Source of the DNA: the human T2T-CHM13v2.0 reference genome, Homo sapiens
Strand: one strand, 5' to 3'
DNA length: 64,000 nt
Assembly (NCBI RefSeq): GCF_009914755.1
Contig: NC_060947.1
Each line of letters opens with the position of its first letter. The stretch's first letter is position 1. The notes beneath the pieces were generated by a model. The model worked only from the letters and a program-made list of their open reading frames with translations. It ran no database searches and was not told where the DNA came from. Positions 27,597-42,463 of this stretch are shown here, one piece after another. A program made the position numbers and the translations under genes.

Positions 27597-28579
27597 TATT
27601 GCCTGTGGATTATATCAGTATTTTTGTTGTATTTCTGGTCTAAATATTGTAGAGTATTTTAAAAGAAAAATCCAAGCCTTGTTTGAAGAATAACACACAT
27701 TTTAGTAGCTGGTAGAGTTAGTAACAAAGTATTTGTGAAATCACTAGAGAATCTTAGTGGTTGTACTCTTACAGTGTTCTGAAAAATGTTAAAGCCACTC
27801 TGCGTTGTCCTTGTAGGGACTCTTTTGGGCTGACTAAATTGTCTTCTTGAGATTCTCTCCCAAGGTATAAAAATTATCCCTATTGGTTTCCAAACACCAC
27901 CACTGATCATGTTTTACTCACTGTGGAATGAGACCAAACCCAGTAAATATGCTTGCTAAGGAAGTTTAGGCTTTGGTATCATTTAGAAAAAAAGTTGCAC
28001 TTGCGCAAAATCAAAAACTTAGAGACAAAGGCCAATCCATGTAATAACTTTATTATTACACGAAGCTTTATTCTTCTCCAAAGCCCTATTGAAACACTTT
28101 GTAGTTTCAGAGTTCATGAGAACTCTGAGTGTGTTGTAGGGGTGGCAGGACTTTGTAGTCCAAGCACAAAACAGGAATTAGTATGGCTAGGGTTGAAACA
28201 AGTTGGAGCTCACTATGTGTTAGCCCTTCTTTTGCCTCCTGGTTTTCTTGGCTAGATGCTGAACCTACTCCAGTCTCACATCCATCTTTTCTCTAATATG
28301 TATCCATCCCAGAGAGAAAGTTATGGGTATACAAAATAGATTATTTTGGAAAGCTTGCCAAAAAGCCACTCAGCTCAAAGACATTTATTTCATTTGTGGG
28401 GGACTGATTATCTCTCCTATTTCTTATCGAACTTAACTTCCTCGTATGCTCTGTGACACATACACAGAAATCCTATAGTATATTTTCATTAACATCATGT
28501 TTTCTGAATTCGGCTTAATGTTTTCAATTTAGTTCCAACTTTTACAGGTTCTTCACAGCCTGCCAACTTTCTTTCCTAA

Positions 28580-28935
28580 TACACTTCTCTCTATCTGGAA
28601 TGCCCATAATTTTTCCAACTCTCTTGAACAACTCACAATATTTTAGTTATCTTTTAAGGTGTAGCTAAAATCAGTTTCTTTATTGAAATCCTCCTTTGCC
28701 CTTCCAGCAAGAATAAAATCTCTTTTCTCCTGAACTACTGTTTCAATTTAATTTTTCACGCTATGACATTAATATTGTTCTACCTTGTTATTATTTCAGT
28801 ACATTTTTTGTTGTGTCTCCTAATTACAAACATGGATCTGAATGTCAGGAACCAGCCTGATTCATCATTATATTCTTATTGCACTCAACACAGGATTTTG
28901 TACACTTTCTAAGTGTTCAAAAATATTGGTTGAAT
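28580..28935 (+). mobile_element. L2 3' remnant
   Basis: tctggaatgccc...aagtgttcaaaaatattggttgaat resembles the L2 3' end. Confidence 0.5.
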
Positions 28936-30110
28936 TTCTACATTCTCAATTTCATTGAGTACCTCTCAACTCTACTTAATTCACCATTCTCTACTCTGCA
29001 AACTCTGCTGCCTACTCTTACACCTTTGACCTAAGTGAGATCTAGACTGCTATGTCTCCTAGTGGGGCTTCCTCTAACCACAAAGAACTTGAATTAAAAC
29101 AAATACCTAGCACAAGATGCAAGGGCTCTTTGCTATAGCAGCACATTGATTTGCTATAGCATCACATTGATACTGAGACCTGAAGATGTTCAAGTGGTTT
29201 GGCCAAGGCTGAGAATAGACATAGGTATCCAGACAAAATCCACCCATGGCACTTTCTCCCCCAACATTTCTGTCAGTGTTGAATCAGATTATCTGCTTGG
29301 AATTCTTTTCTATTTTATTTTCATTTAAATTTTAAAAAAGAAGCTATGGTGTATAAAAGAAAGCCCTTAAGGCCAGAAATAGTTAAGCTATCTACACAAA
29401 ACTAGTAATTTTATCAAGTAACATGAAAACTGTGACATTTTTGACTTAATATTTTAAATGTTTTCAGAAAAACTGAGGAAACAGACTAACGTGGGGCCAC
29501 ATGATCAAGAGATAATAGAACACTGTTTTGTAAAACACAATCGGAGCATGGGTTGTTGGATTCCAACCCTATAGTTGATAACGCACCACACCTGTTGCAT
29601 TATTATTTGTCTAGTGAAAATAGAATGATTCACTGTAACTGCTTTATAAAGATCTTATAAATAATTATTTACTTTCAGCTCACTGAGAGCAAAATTATAT
29701 GAAAATATGTGATGGTCTGTCAAAGGTTTAAGTGATATGAGAAGGGATCTGCAGAGATTATGTATCTTTGGGATGCATTTTCTTTTGTAGAAACAAGAAA
29801 AACTTATAAAATATATTTATCACTTTTCCATACTCCTATCACTTGTAATTAATTTTTTATCATAAAGAAAGAACTAGATGAAAATCATTGAATATAATTT
29901 AAAAGGACTCCAAAAAAAGAGACCAAAGAGGAGAAATATAATTACTTTTCTTGAAAAGAAATTTACCATTTATATTCTAGTACAAGCCAGGGGAAGGTGC
30001 CTAAATTTTATGTTCTGGAGGGAAAAAGTGTGCCTTCCATTTTTTCACTAACTTAACAGGAACACAAGAACATTAATGTGTTTATATTTGTAAAACACTT
30101 GGAATTTTCA

Positions 30111-30334
30111 TTTTTTTTAAATTGTATTATTATTATACTTAAAGTTTTAGGGTACATGTGCACAACGTGCAGGTTTGTTACATATGTATACATGTGCCAT
30201 GTTGGTGTGCTGCACCCATTAACTCGTCATTTAGCATTAGGTGTATCTCCTAATGCTATCCCTCCCCACTCCCCCCACCCCACAACAGGCCCCAGTGTGT
30301 GATGTTCCCTTTCCTGTGTCCATGTGTTCTCATT
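30111..30334 (-). mobile_element. Young L1PA (PA3-5) 3'UTR, heavily 5'-truncated
   Basis: ttattatacttaaagttttagggtacatgtgcacaacgtgcagg...ccatgtgttctcatt, close to consensus. Confidence 0.95.
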
Positions 30335-31843
30335 TTAAACATGCTGAAAGTGGAAAGTACAATTATCTTGTTAGGAACTATTTGAAATATTTCTGTTTAA
30401 CACAACAGATAAAACAAGCAAATCGATCTGAGAGTAAGTATATGTAATGTTTCAAAATGCATATGTTTTCTGTGTGGTTTCTAAGCAGCACTCCACTTAC
30501 CTTGATTTAGTGGTGAGTATTGCTGTTGCTACTGTTTTTGCTAGTTCAGTCACTCAGATGATGTAAGACTGCCATCAGAAAATTAAAATTTCTCTCACCT
30601 ATCAAATACAAGATACTGTAGTTCATTTTACATTAATCATAGAAGTTGTGAACAAATTTTTTGAGGAGGATTTGTGTAACAACTTACATATTCTTTACTG
30701 TTAAAGTAAGACAAGCATATATTTTTTCAATGTCAAATCTTAAGGATAAGTGTAATTTATTGATTTTTATCTGTCTTAATTCTCTTATGCATTTACTTTG
30801 TATCAATATATCCATGTAAGTAGAGTTTATGCGTTTCTACTTATCACAATATAAGATATAAACTTAGATAACACATTCATTTTATTAATGCATGATATAC
30901 ATAAGAGCCTTTTCTAGTTTATTCTTCTCTATTGTTCTCTCTCCTTCTTTGTCTCTGTCACATCTTCTCACACATACACGCACATGCATACATATAACTT
31001 CAATTTCTATTCCACTAGTGTAATGGAAATGCACTTCTAGAGAGAATCTCTAGAGAGCATGATTGGATAACCTCAATTCAATAGGGTCACTGAAAAAAAT
31101 AGTAGTTTGTAACTAAACAGTCTTAATTGTTTTCAGAAATATTTCAAAAATATAGCAAGTGAGTTAAGACAATGGTTTTAGATCAACTTCTTAGATTTCA
31201 GTTCATTGTAGTGAAATTGATCTTTAAAATGGTATAAATATTATTAACAATTGCTTCTCTGGTTATATGAATAGATACACCTATAGAGAAACAATGGGTT
31301 TGAACTATTATGAGAGTGTGGGTATCTATTATGAAAGGGTTTTCAGGCAATAATGAAAATATCTAAACCTTTAAATAAGGACAATGAAAGGGTTTTCTAT
31401 GCTACATATTAAAATAACGGCTTTAACACACTTGACATAAGCTCTTTCTATTCTTTAAAGGACATTATGCAAAACTAATAATATTATTGTTGTGTCAAAT
31501 GTCTTATTGGTAAAAAAAAACACTGAGATTATTGTATTTTAACACTGTGTTCTGCAAAACTGTTTTCTTACTAATTGTTCTACAACTTCGGATAGTCCCT
31601 CCTATTATTACCACATAAAGGAAAATTTAGTAATTTGTGAGAAGAAAATATAAAAAGGAATAGTTCTGTCATTGCTTAAAACAGTGTTTTTTCTAAAAAA
31701 AAATGTGTTTAGTTTCATGGTCTCAACAGGGAAGCATGTTTTGCATGCAAATAACGTGTGGTTATGGAGAGTTACTATGACGGATAATGTCTTATGTTGC
31801 CTCGACATCTGTGGACTAATAGAGTGACTCTTCAATAAGTGAG

Positions 31844-32255
31844 TGTATTAGGCCATTCTTGTATTTCTACAAAGAAATAACTGAGACTGGGTAATTCATA
31901 AAGAAAAAGGGCTTAATTGACTCAAGGTTCTGCAGGCTGTACAGGAAGCATGGCACCACACATCTGCTTGGCTTCTGATGAGGCCTCAGGAAGTTTACAT
32001 TCATGGCAGAAGGTGAAGGGGGAGCAGGCACATCACATGGTCAGAGCAGGAGTGAGACAGAGAGAGAGGGAGAAAGAGAGTAGGGTGGTGTCACACACTT
32101 TTAAACAACCAGCTCTCTGAAGAACTCACTCACTGTCCTGAAGTCAGCGCCAAGACTTGAGCGATCCACCCACCTCCCACCAGACCCCATCGCCAGCACC
32201 AGGGATTACAATTCAACATGACATTTGGGCAGGAACAAATATCCAAACTATATCA
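31844..32255 (-). mobile_element. MaLR solo LTR (MSTA/MSTB-like)
   Basis: tgtattaggccattctt...gagactgggtaatt...atccaaactatatca; 5-bp TSD gtgag/gtaag. Confidence 0.92.
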
Positions 32256-32962
32256 GTAAGGTTGTTGATAAAATGTAACCAATCTGAGTTTTTCATTTAA
32301 GTTTCAAGCTGACTTTGGGGACTCTGTGGAGGGTTAGAAAGAAAGAATAATTAAAAATAAAAGAAAGAATAATTAAAAATAAAGTACACTCTAGTTCTGG
32401 TGGCAATTAACAAAAATGATTTTGAAAAGGCAATTAAGACAACACTAATTTTAAGACACAGTAGTTCTCTGTTTCACTGGAAGTTGTAATGTTAAAAAAA
32501 AGAAAAAGCTGACATGCCTAAAAATGGGGAATCTGCCAATGACCGTAAAATTAAAATAAAAACACACTACAAAGGTATGTTTTAAGTAATGACATTTACA
32601 TTATACTTATTGTTAATGTAATGCTTCACAATGATAAAAAAAATCTGTACCCTTCTGTTAACTTCACTTAGAGACATATTTTATTGGTTAGAGGACAAAA
32701 AATGACATGGATTGAAAATTAAAGATAAACTGAGTTCTTGATCTTTACATTGTAGATGCTTCCCACATATTTATTAAATGAGTGAATAAGGAATATTCAG
32801 GTGTTTTCCATTCAACGCCTCTAAAAATATTTCATTTTTTAATTTTCATGTGGTTAATCCAGTGATATAAGCTTAGTGATCAATGTTCATGCTTTTGGAA
32901 AGCAGTATTTGAGAGTAAAATGTACATGAACCAAAGAATTGGATCTCTTTCTTTTTTCCTGA

Positions 32963-33299
<337 letters not shown>

Positions 33300-33684
33300 T
33301 TAGTTACTAAATTATCATTCTTATTTCTATTCCTACTTCCTCCCCTTTTCACTGAATTTTTAAAAAGTTTACCTTTCCCTACGCTACTGAATTCATTTGT
33401 ACTGTACTATACAACCTCTCACACTGCATTTTATTTTTTTCTTGTTATCTTATTTTCTTTTCACCAAATTGTTGCCTCAGGCAGGATCTGTGACATTTTC
33501 ACCTGCATCTTGGTTACTTGGTACATAGATGCATGAAGTGACCGATGATATATATATATATATATTTTTTTAACAAAGCAAGTGAAAAGTGTGAAGATAC
33601 TCCTTAAAGTTAAGAAATAAAACACTATCATTCATTAAGGTTAATATACATGTTTGAATAAAGTATGAGGTTGAGTAGACTAGT

Positions 33685-33920
33685 GATTGTTAACATTCTT
33701 ACATGTGCTAGGATATTCTATATATTAATTCATTTAATCTTCACACACATAAACACACATTCATATTTTATGCAATAAGTGCTTTTATCCTCATTTTATA
33801 AATGTGGAAATCAAGGATTAAAGTATTCAAAGAACTTGTCCAGCTATCTAGCTAGCGAGTAATAGATCTGAGACTGGAAACCCTGTTTGCCAGGAGACTT
33901 CAAAGCCTCAGGCTGTTTTT
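33685..33920 (-). mobile_element. MIR
   Basis: catttaatcttcac...tatcctcattttataaatgtggaaatcaagg...gactggaaaccc. Confidence 0.65.
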
Positions 33921-33947
33921 TTATAGTGCAATGCTCAGTTTGCTAAA

Positions 33948-34130
33948 GGAGTATTCCTCAAATGTGCCTGATTTTTAAAATCACTGGTAACATTTATTGA
34001 AAACATTGATTTTTTTTTTTAGCCAAACCCTAGACCAGCAGAATCAAAATCTTTAGGGAATAAATTGGGTGGGAATTTTTATTATTAACAAGATCCCCAG
34101 GGGAAGCTTAAGTTTAGGCAAGTTGGTTTA
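33948..34130. mobile_element. MER5-like hAT/Charlie element remnant
   Basis: ccctagaccagcagaatcaaaatctttaggg...ttaacaagatccccagggg. Confidence 0.5.
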
Positions 34131-34729
34131 TTTTACAGTGTGTTAGGCCATATTTCATTTGCTCTCCTGAGGTTACAGATACCTTGACTACCTATTTTCT
34201 CTACCTTACCAATAATCTGTTTACTTAAACTATTAGTCTTGATTCTTAATACTTGAGGATGAAGACGAATACTAAGGAATAAGCTACAGCTGTATGTGGA
34301 AAAATAATGCATTTGAAAATCAACAAATTTCATGGCAAATAATAGATCTGACTACATTTAACATAATGGGAGAAAAACATGATTTTTCAATACCACACAA
34401 CCAATCAATAACCAAGCCTCAGTAAGAGTAGTTTGATACAACAGTAACAGTTAAAACCATAATTTATTCTGAAGTTTTTTATCCTTTATAATGGTTGCAA
34501 ATGAAGCAAGATTTTTCAGTCTCTATAGTTGAAGTTAATAATTTATTGAATGTTTTCCTCTTTCTTCTTTCTATAGTTAGGACACAGAATAAATCCTTTA
34601 GTGTCTTAGTCAACAAGTTCTTTCTGTATGATTATACCTTGTATGATCTCTTAAGAACTTCAGTTAAAACCCTTCTATATTCTTTTCTCATATGATATTC
34701 TAGCAAAAACTTATTATTTGTGATAGGAA

Positions 34730-37700
34730 ACACTAGGTCTTATTCATTTTTCTAACTATATTTTGGAGCCATTAATAATACTCACTTGCCCCTTCACCCC
34801 CACTAACTTCCCAGGCTCTGGTAATCATCCATCTACTGTCTACTTCCGTGAGTTAAATTATTTAATTTTCAGCTCCCACAAATAAGTGAGAAAGCATGAA
34901 TTTGTCTTTCTGTCCCTTGTTTATTTTACTTAACATAATAACCTCCAGTTACACCCACGTTGTTGCAACTGACAGAATCTCATGTTTCATGGCTAAATAG
35001 TACTACATTTTGCGTAAGTACTACATTTTCTTTATGCAGTCATCTGTTGATGGACACTTAAATTGCTTCCAGATCTTAGTTACTGTGATGATTGCTGAAA
35101 TAAACATGGCAGTATAGATATCTCTTGGATATACTGATTTTCTTACTTTTGGGTACATACCCAGCAGTAGGATTGGTAGATCATATGGTAGTTCTATTTT
35201 TAGAATTTTGAGGAACCTCCAACCTGTTCTCCATAGTGGTTGTATTAATTTACCTTCCCATCAACAGTCTTCATGGGTTCCCTTTTCTCCACATCCTGGC
35301 CAGCATTTGTTATTGCCTGTCTTTTGGATATAAGCCATTTTAACTGAGGTGAGATAATACGTCATTGTAGTTTTGATTTGCATTTCTCCGATGATCAGTG
35401 ATGTGGAGTACCTTGTCATATGCCTGTTTGCCATTTGTGTGTCTTCTTTTAAGAAATGTCTATTCATATCTTTTTGCCTATTTTTTAAATAGGATTATTA
35501 GATTTTTTACTATATATTTGTTTTAGCTCCTTTCATGTACTGGTTATAAATCCCTTGTCAGATGGGTAGTTTGTAAATATTTCTACCCCTCTTCACTTTG
35601 TTGATTGTTTCCTTTGCTATGCAGAAGGTTTTTACTTGATGTGATCCCATTTTTATTTTATTTTATTTTATTATTATTATACTTTAAGTTTTAGGGTACA
35701 TGTGCATTTTTATCCATTTCTGCTTTGGGTGCCTGTGCTTCTGCTGTATTACTCAAGAAATTGTTAACAAGATAAATGTCCTGGAGATATTTCCCAATGT
35801 TTTCTTCTACTAGTAACGTAGTGTGAGGTCTTAGAGTTAAGTCTTTGATCCATTTTGGTTTGATTTTTGTATATACGCATCTAGTTTCATTCTTTTGCAT
35901 ATGGATATCTAGTTTTCATAGCACCATTTATTGAAGATATCATCCTTTTCTCATCTTGGAAAACTTGTCAAAATTGAGTTCACTGTAGATGTATGAATTA
36001 TCTCTGGGTTCTCTATTCTGTTCTACTGAAGTATACGTCTGTTTTTATGCCAGGACCATGTCGTTTTGGTTACTTTAGTTCTGTAGTATAATTTGAACTC
36101 AGGTAATGTGACTCCTCTTGTTTTGTTCTTTTTGCTTAGGATATTCTGGGTGTTTTATGGTTTTCATATTTCCATGTGGAAACATGGAATATCTTTCCAT
36201 ATTTTGTGTCCTCTTCAATCTCTTGCATCAATGTTTTATAGTTTTTTTGTAGAGATCTTCCACTTTTTTGTTTAATTCCTAGGTATTTTATTTGCAGCTA
36301 TTGTAATGGAATTACTTTCTTGATTTTTTTTTCAGATTGCTTACTGTCAACATATAGAAATGCTACTGATTTCTGTATGTTGATTTTGTATCCTGTAACT
36401 TTACTGAATTTGTTTATAAGCTCTAATATTTTTTGGTGGACTTTTTAGGTTTTGTTCAAGCCTAATATTATATTGTCTGCATGTAAAGATAATTTAACTT
36501 CTTCCTTTCCAAATTAAATGTCTTTTATTTCTTTCTTTTGTCTGATTGCTGTAGATAGGACTTCCAGTGCTATGTTGAATAAGAGTGGTGAAAATGGGCA
36601 ACCTTGTAATGATCCAGATCTCAGAGGAAAAGCTTCCTTTTTTCCAATTTAGTATGATACTAGCTAAGGGTTTTTAACATATAGCTTTTACTAGATGGAG
36701 GTATGTTCCTTCTAAACCAAAGTTTCTGCGGGATATTATGCTAAAGGAATGTTAATTTTAGCACATGCTTTTTCAGCATCAACTGAAATGGTCATATGTT
36801 TTTTGCCTTTCTTTTTGTTGATTGGATGTATCACATTGATTGATTTGTGTATGTTGAGTCATCCTTGCATCCCAAGGATTAATCCCATTTGGTCATGATG
36901 AATGATCTTTCTAATGTATAGTTGAATTTGGTTTGCTAGTATTTTGTTGAGAGTATATGCATCAATATTCATCAGAAATAATGGCCTGCATTTTCCGGTG
37001 TTTTTTTCCTCCTATGTTTCTTTATCCAGTTTTGGTATCAAGGTATAACTGGCCTTGTAGAATGAGTTTGGAGGTATTTCTTCCTCGTCAATTTTTTGAA
37101 TTGTTTGAGTATAATTGGTGTTAGTTCTTTTTTAAGTGTGTGGTAGAAATTAGCAGTGAAGTCATTGAATCCTGGCCTTTTATCTGCTGGGAAACTTTTT
37201 ATTATGGCTTCTATCTTGTTCCTTCTTATTGATTTGTTCAGGTTTGTGATTTCTTCATGATTCAATCTTGCTAGCTTATATGTGTCAAATAACTTAGCCA
37301 TTTCTTCTAGATTTTCCAATTTATTGTCATATAATTGCTCACAGTAGCCACTAATAATCTTTTGGATTTCTCCAGTATCAGTTGTAATATCTCCTGTCTC
37401 TGATTTTTTAAATTTGGGTTTTCTATATATTTTCTTATTCTGTCTAAAGTTTAGTTAATTTTGATTATCTTCAAAAACCAACATTTTGTTTTGTTGATCT
37501 TTTATATTGTTTTCATTTTAATTTCATTTATTTCTGCTCTGATCTTTATTTCTCTCATTTTCTTCTACTAATTTTGGGTTTGTTTTTCTTTTCTTCTCTA
37601 GTTCTTTAAGATGCACTGTTAGCTTGTTCATTGACCTGCTGGTTATTCAGGAACATATTGTCTAATTTTCACATTTGTATAGTTTCCAAAACTTCTCTTG

Positions 37701-38232
37701 TTATTGACTTCTAGTTTTATTTTTTATTCCATTGTAGTCAGAAAAGATGCTTGATATCATTTCAAAGTTTTTGAGTGTTTTAAGACTTGTTTATAAACCT
37801 GATTTATGGTATATCCTTGAGAATTATCCATGCACTGAAGGAAAAAATGCATATTCTGCAGCCATTGGATAAAGTGTTCTACAACTATCTATTAAGTCCA
37901 TTTGGTGTATAGTGCAGATTAATTCTTTACTCTTCCCTCTCCTCTCCTCAAGCAGAAGATAAAGGTCTCTTTTGGAGCTGTGAGCTTTGAAGCCTAGGGT
38001 TGTGATAGAGGTGGTGCAAACACTCCATTTGCCACTCTGGCTGGTGTCTTAGTAGACCATGTGTCCTCCAAGTGCACTGGCTCTGAACCTAGTTCAGCGC
38101 TAGGACTCACCTAGGAGTTGCCATCCTTGTGCCCTAGATTGCCTTTCAAGTTTACTTTAGGACCCAGTGCACTTTATGCCACAGTGGCAAGGCTTGCTGA
38201 AACTCAAGTTCCAAGCACTGAGATTAGTATTT
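34730..38232 (-). mobile_element. L1MA/L1PB-age LINE-1: 3'UTR and ORF2, then a jump to a 5'UTR segment (about 37925-38232)
   Basis: ORF2 peptides ([29 protein letters not shown]); 5'UTR-like ggactcacctaggagttg...gaaactcaagttc; ORF1 absent. Confidence 0.88.
35651..35706 (-). mobile_element. Tiny young L1PA 3' tip inserted in the older L1
   Basis: (tttta)n ttattattatactttaagttttagggtacatgtgca, identical to the L1PA 3' end at 61080-61117. Confidence 0.85.
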
Positions 38233-39076
38233 CCTTATCAGGCCCCACCTACATCCTACTGATTGGTCCATTTTACTGAGAGCTGATTGGTCTGTTTTAC
38301 AGAGAGCTGATTGGTCCATTTTGACATAGTGCTGATTGGTGCATTTACAATCCCTGAGCTAGAAACAGAGTGCTGATTGGTGTATTTGCAATCCTCTAGC
38401 TAGACATAAAAGCTCTCCAAGTCCCCACTGGACTCAGGAGCCCAGCTGGCATCGCCTAGTGGGTACTGTGCCAGGGCCGCAGGTGGAGCTGTCAGCCAGT
38501 CCCATGCCACGTGCCCGCAGTTCTCAGCCCTTGGGAGGTTGATGGGACCAGACACCACAGATCGGGGGCAGCACCCGTTGGGGTGGATCAGTCTGCATGT
38601 GAGCCCATGGTTGGGCAGGGGAGGGCTTGGGCATGGTGGGCTTCAGGTCCTGAGCCCTGCCCTGCAGGGAGGTGGTTGAGGCCCGGTGAGAATTCGAGTG
38701 TGGCACAGGCGGGCCGGCAGTGTTGAGGGACCCAGAGCACCCTTCACAGCTGCGGGCCCGGGTGCTAAGCCCCTCACTGCCCAGGGCTGGCGGTGCCAGC
38801 TGGCCACACTGAGTGCGGGGCCCACCAAGCCTGCACCCACCCGGAACTCGTGCTGACCCGCGAGTGCCATGCATAGCCCTGGTTCCTGACTGCCCCTCTC
38901 CCTCCATACCTCCTCACAAGCAGAGGGAGCCTGTTCTGGCCTCAGCCAGCCCAGAGAGGGGCTCCCACACAGTGCAGTGGTGGGCTGAAGGGCTCCTCAA
39001 GCATGGCCAGAGAAAATGCCAAGGCCGAGGAGGCGCCCAGAGCGAGCGAGGGCTGCTAGCACGTTGTCACCTCTCA
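38232..39076 (-). mobile_element. LTR12-family (ERV9) LTR, U3 only
   Basis: rc of the LTR12 start (gctagcacgttgtcacctctca); GC-rich body; repeated ctgattgg boxes; R/U5 missing. Confidence 0.92.
38240..38382 (-). promoter_or_regulatory. Array of five CCAAT (NF-Y-type) boxes plus a GC-box-like site in LTR12 U3
   Basis: ctgattgg at about 38259, 38283, 38307, 38332 and 38373; ggccccacc at about 38241. Confidence 0.7.
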
Positions 39077-39564
39077 CTACTATATGGGCAAATGAACCAG
39101 TACTAATTCCAGAAAAACAGTGATTCTTCATTAATTCAGCTTTCTAAGAAATTTTACTATTGAAATGCAAAAGGCTGGCAAGCCTTATTATTTAGAAACT
39201 ATAAGGTACAAAATTATTAAGTATAAATACAGGTCATAGAAATAAAATTAAATCCTTATCACTTAAAAATATTTCTAGAAATTATCTTCCCTAAGATTAT
39301 GTTGAGTATTTCTGTGAAATTTGTAATGTTCATAACTGTAAAAGAAAAGAGGAATTAGTCATATAATGCCTGTTTAAAAAAAAAGTCTAGTGTAAAAATA
39401 CAAAGACTAATATAGGTTATAAGATGCTTACTTACACAGTAAATCTAAAAGCAGTAAAAAGCTATTTATAGGACTAATTCATCTTTTACTCCATAAATAT
39501 AAATTTCATAGGCAAACAGTTTTATTATCTTGATATCAATTTCTGTATTTTTTAAATATCCTCT

Positions 39565-39760
39565 TCAGAAATAAATTTTACTGTGTATAATTAAGATATC
39601 AACATGATGTTATGCAATATGTATAATATAGATAATAAAGAGTTTAAAAATATACTTATCTACCAGGAATCTCAAATATAATACTATTGTGAGCCATAGT
39701 TCTCATGTTGTACATAAAATCTCTAGACTTGTCCATCCTATGTATCTGTTACTTTGAAAT
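39565..39760 (-). mobile_element. L1MA 3'UTR fragment
   Basis: aattttactgtgtataattaag...catgttgtacataaaatctctagacttgtccatcc. Confidence 0.7.
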
Positions 39761-42128
39761 TTCTGTATTTTAATAATGCCTACTGATATTAGAGTAAGAA
39801 AGAGATGCCTTATGGCATTCCAATTTTAAATTGTGTGAAGTAAATCTTTTTTTGTTGCCTTCTTTTTAAATTTATACCTAAATAACTTGATGAGTCTCTC
39901 GAATGAATTAGATGTGTGATCTATAGAAAACAAAAAGGAGAAAGTTTATTTGATTTTATTTATGAGAAATTTTAGAAAAGCTTATTGGTAGAGCAGTGAT
40001 TTAGATTGTAACATCCGTTTTTAGGGATGAAGAGGGGGAGAGCTTATTCCTCTCTTCAATTTACATTTTCATAAATCTTAGAAGATTTCCTCTCTGTCTT
40101 CCTAGGATCAAGTGTCAGTTATTAGAGATAAATCTTTTCTCAACTTTTACTGTGTCAGTAAAGCAAAGAGCTCTTTGAACAATTTTATTGTACCTTTTAC
40201 AAAGTCAGAATTGAAGGCAATCAATAATGTTTTCCAATATCTTTTTAAGGTGGTTTCACATGGCAAATGTCTCTGAATTGATACAATAAAAGTACATTTT
40301 TCTTTACTCTAAAACAAACCCAAACTATGTAAACTACACATTTTCTTGTCACATTAACTTCTAATAGTATCATAGCCAAAATCATTTTTATTTATGGAAC
40401 TAACCTTACCCATGTGCTTTCTAACAAAACATCAGGGCACCTAACTATATGAAAAAAACATAACCAGAATTAAAGAGAGAAATTGAGAGTTCTATAATAA
40501 CATAGATTACTTCAAAATCTTAATTTTAAAAATAAATAAACAGCCACGTAGTAAGATCAATAAAGGAAGTACAATATTGGACAACACTACAGACCAATTA
40601 AACTTAACAGACATACGTAGAACACTCTGGCCAAGAATAGCAGAATACACATTTTTGTCAGGTAAACATAGAACACTATCCTGCGTAGACCATATGTCAA
40701 GCCACAAAACAAGTTTTAAATAATTTTTAAGATTAAAATCCTGCAAAATATATTTTCTAGTCACAATGGAATGAAACTAGAAATTAATAGCAGGAGAAAA
40801 ACTAAAATATCTACAATTGTTTGGAAATATCTTGAAATAAATGAAAATGAAAACACAGCAAACCAAAATGCATGGGATACAGGAAAAATAGTAAAAGAAA
40901 AATTTATAGCTGTAAATGCTTGCAGCTTAAGAAAAGAGAGACCACAAATCAACAACATCAAACTAACAGTCTAAATTTACACCTTATGTGACTGGTAATA
41001 GCAGAGCAAACCAAACCCAAACTAGCAGAAGAAAAGAAAGATTACAGCAGGGATAAATAAAACAATGTATAGTAAAACAATAGATAAATAAAATCATGAG
41101 TAGATTATTTGAAAATAACAAAATTGACAAACTTTTAGCTAAATTTAATTAGAAAGGAAGAGAGAAGACTCAAATAACTAATATGAGAAAGAAAAGGGAA
41201 AATTACAACCAATTTTTCAGGAACATGAGGGATTACGAGAGAATACTATGAACAATTGAACGACAACAAATTTGATAACCTGGATGAAATAAAAACATTT
41301 CTATATCACACAACCTACAGGACAGCATAATGAAACAAAAATAGAAAATCTGGACAATCCTATTACTGGTAAGAAGATTGAATCAATAATTAAAACTGCC
41401 CAACCAAGAAAAGCCTAGGACCTGATAGCTTCATTGGTGAATTCTACCAAACATGTGTAGAAGTATTAAGACAATTCTTTTAAAATTATTTCAAAAAATT
41501 GAATACAGAAGACTTTCAAATTCATTCTATGAGGCCAACAGTACTCTGACACTAAAGCCAGACAAAGATACCACAAGAAAAAAAAAAAACAAACCTACAA
41601 GCTAAGGTCTTTGATTAACATAGATGCAAACATTTTCAATAAGACACTAGCAGAGAGAATTCAACAGCACATTAAAATGGCTGCACACCATGATCTAATG
41701 AGATTTATTCTTGGGATGCATACATGGTTCAACATATAAAAATGAATCAATGTAATATGTCACATTAACACACTGAGATTTTTAAATCACATAGTTTTGT
41801 CAATATATGTGGAAAAATTACTTGACAAAATTCAATATTTTTTATGATAAACACAACCAACAAAGTAGGAATGGAAAAATAAACTACCTCTACATAATAA
41901 AGGCCATATATGAAAAGCCAACAGTTAAAAATATACTCAATGGTAAAGTACTGAAGATTATGCTCAATGATTAGTTACAAGAAAAAAATGCCTGCTTTCA
42001 CCACCTCTATTCAATGCAGTACTGGAAGATCTAACAATTATGCAAGAAAAAAAAAAGTCATTCAAATTAGACAGAAAGAAGTAAAAATATCTCGGTTTAT
42101 CGATCTTTTATGTAGATAACACAGAAGA

Positions 42129-42463
<335 letters not shown>

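Noticed and set aside
32339-32382. Perfect 22-bp A-rich tandem duplication
   Set aside because: Low-complexity slippage product with no further signal
38400-39076. GC-rich stretch as a CpG-island gene promoter, with overlapping ORFs
   Set aside because: Fully explained by LTR12 U3; the ORFs reflect base composition
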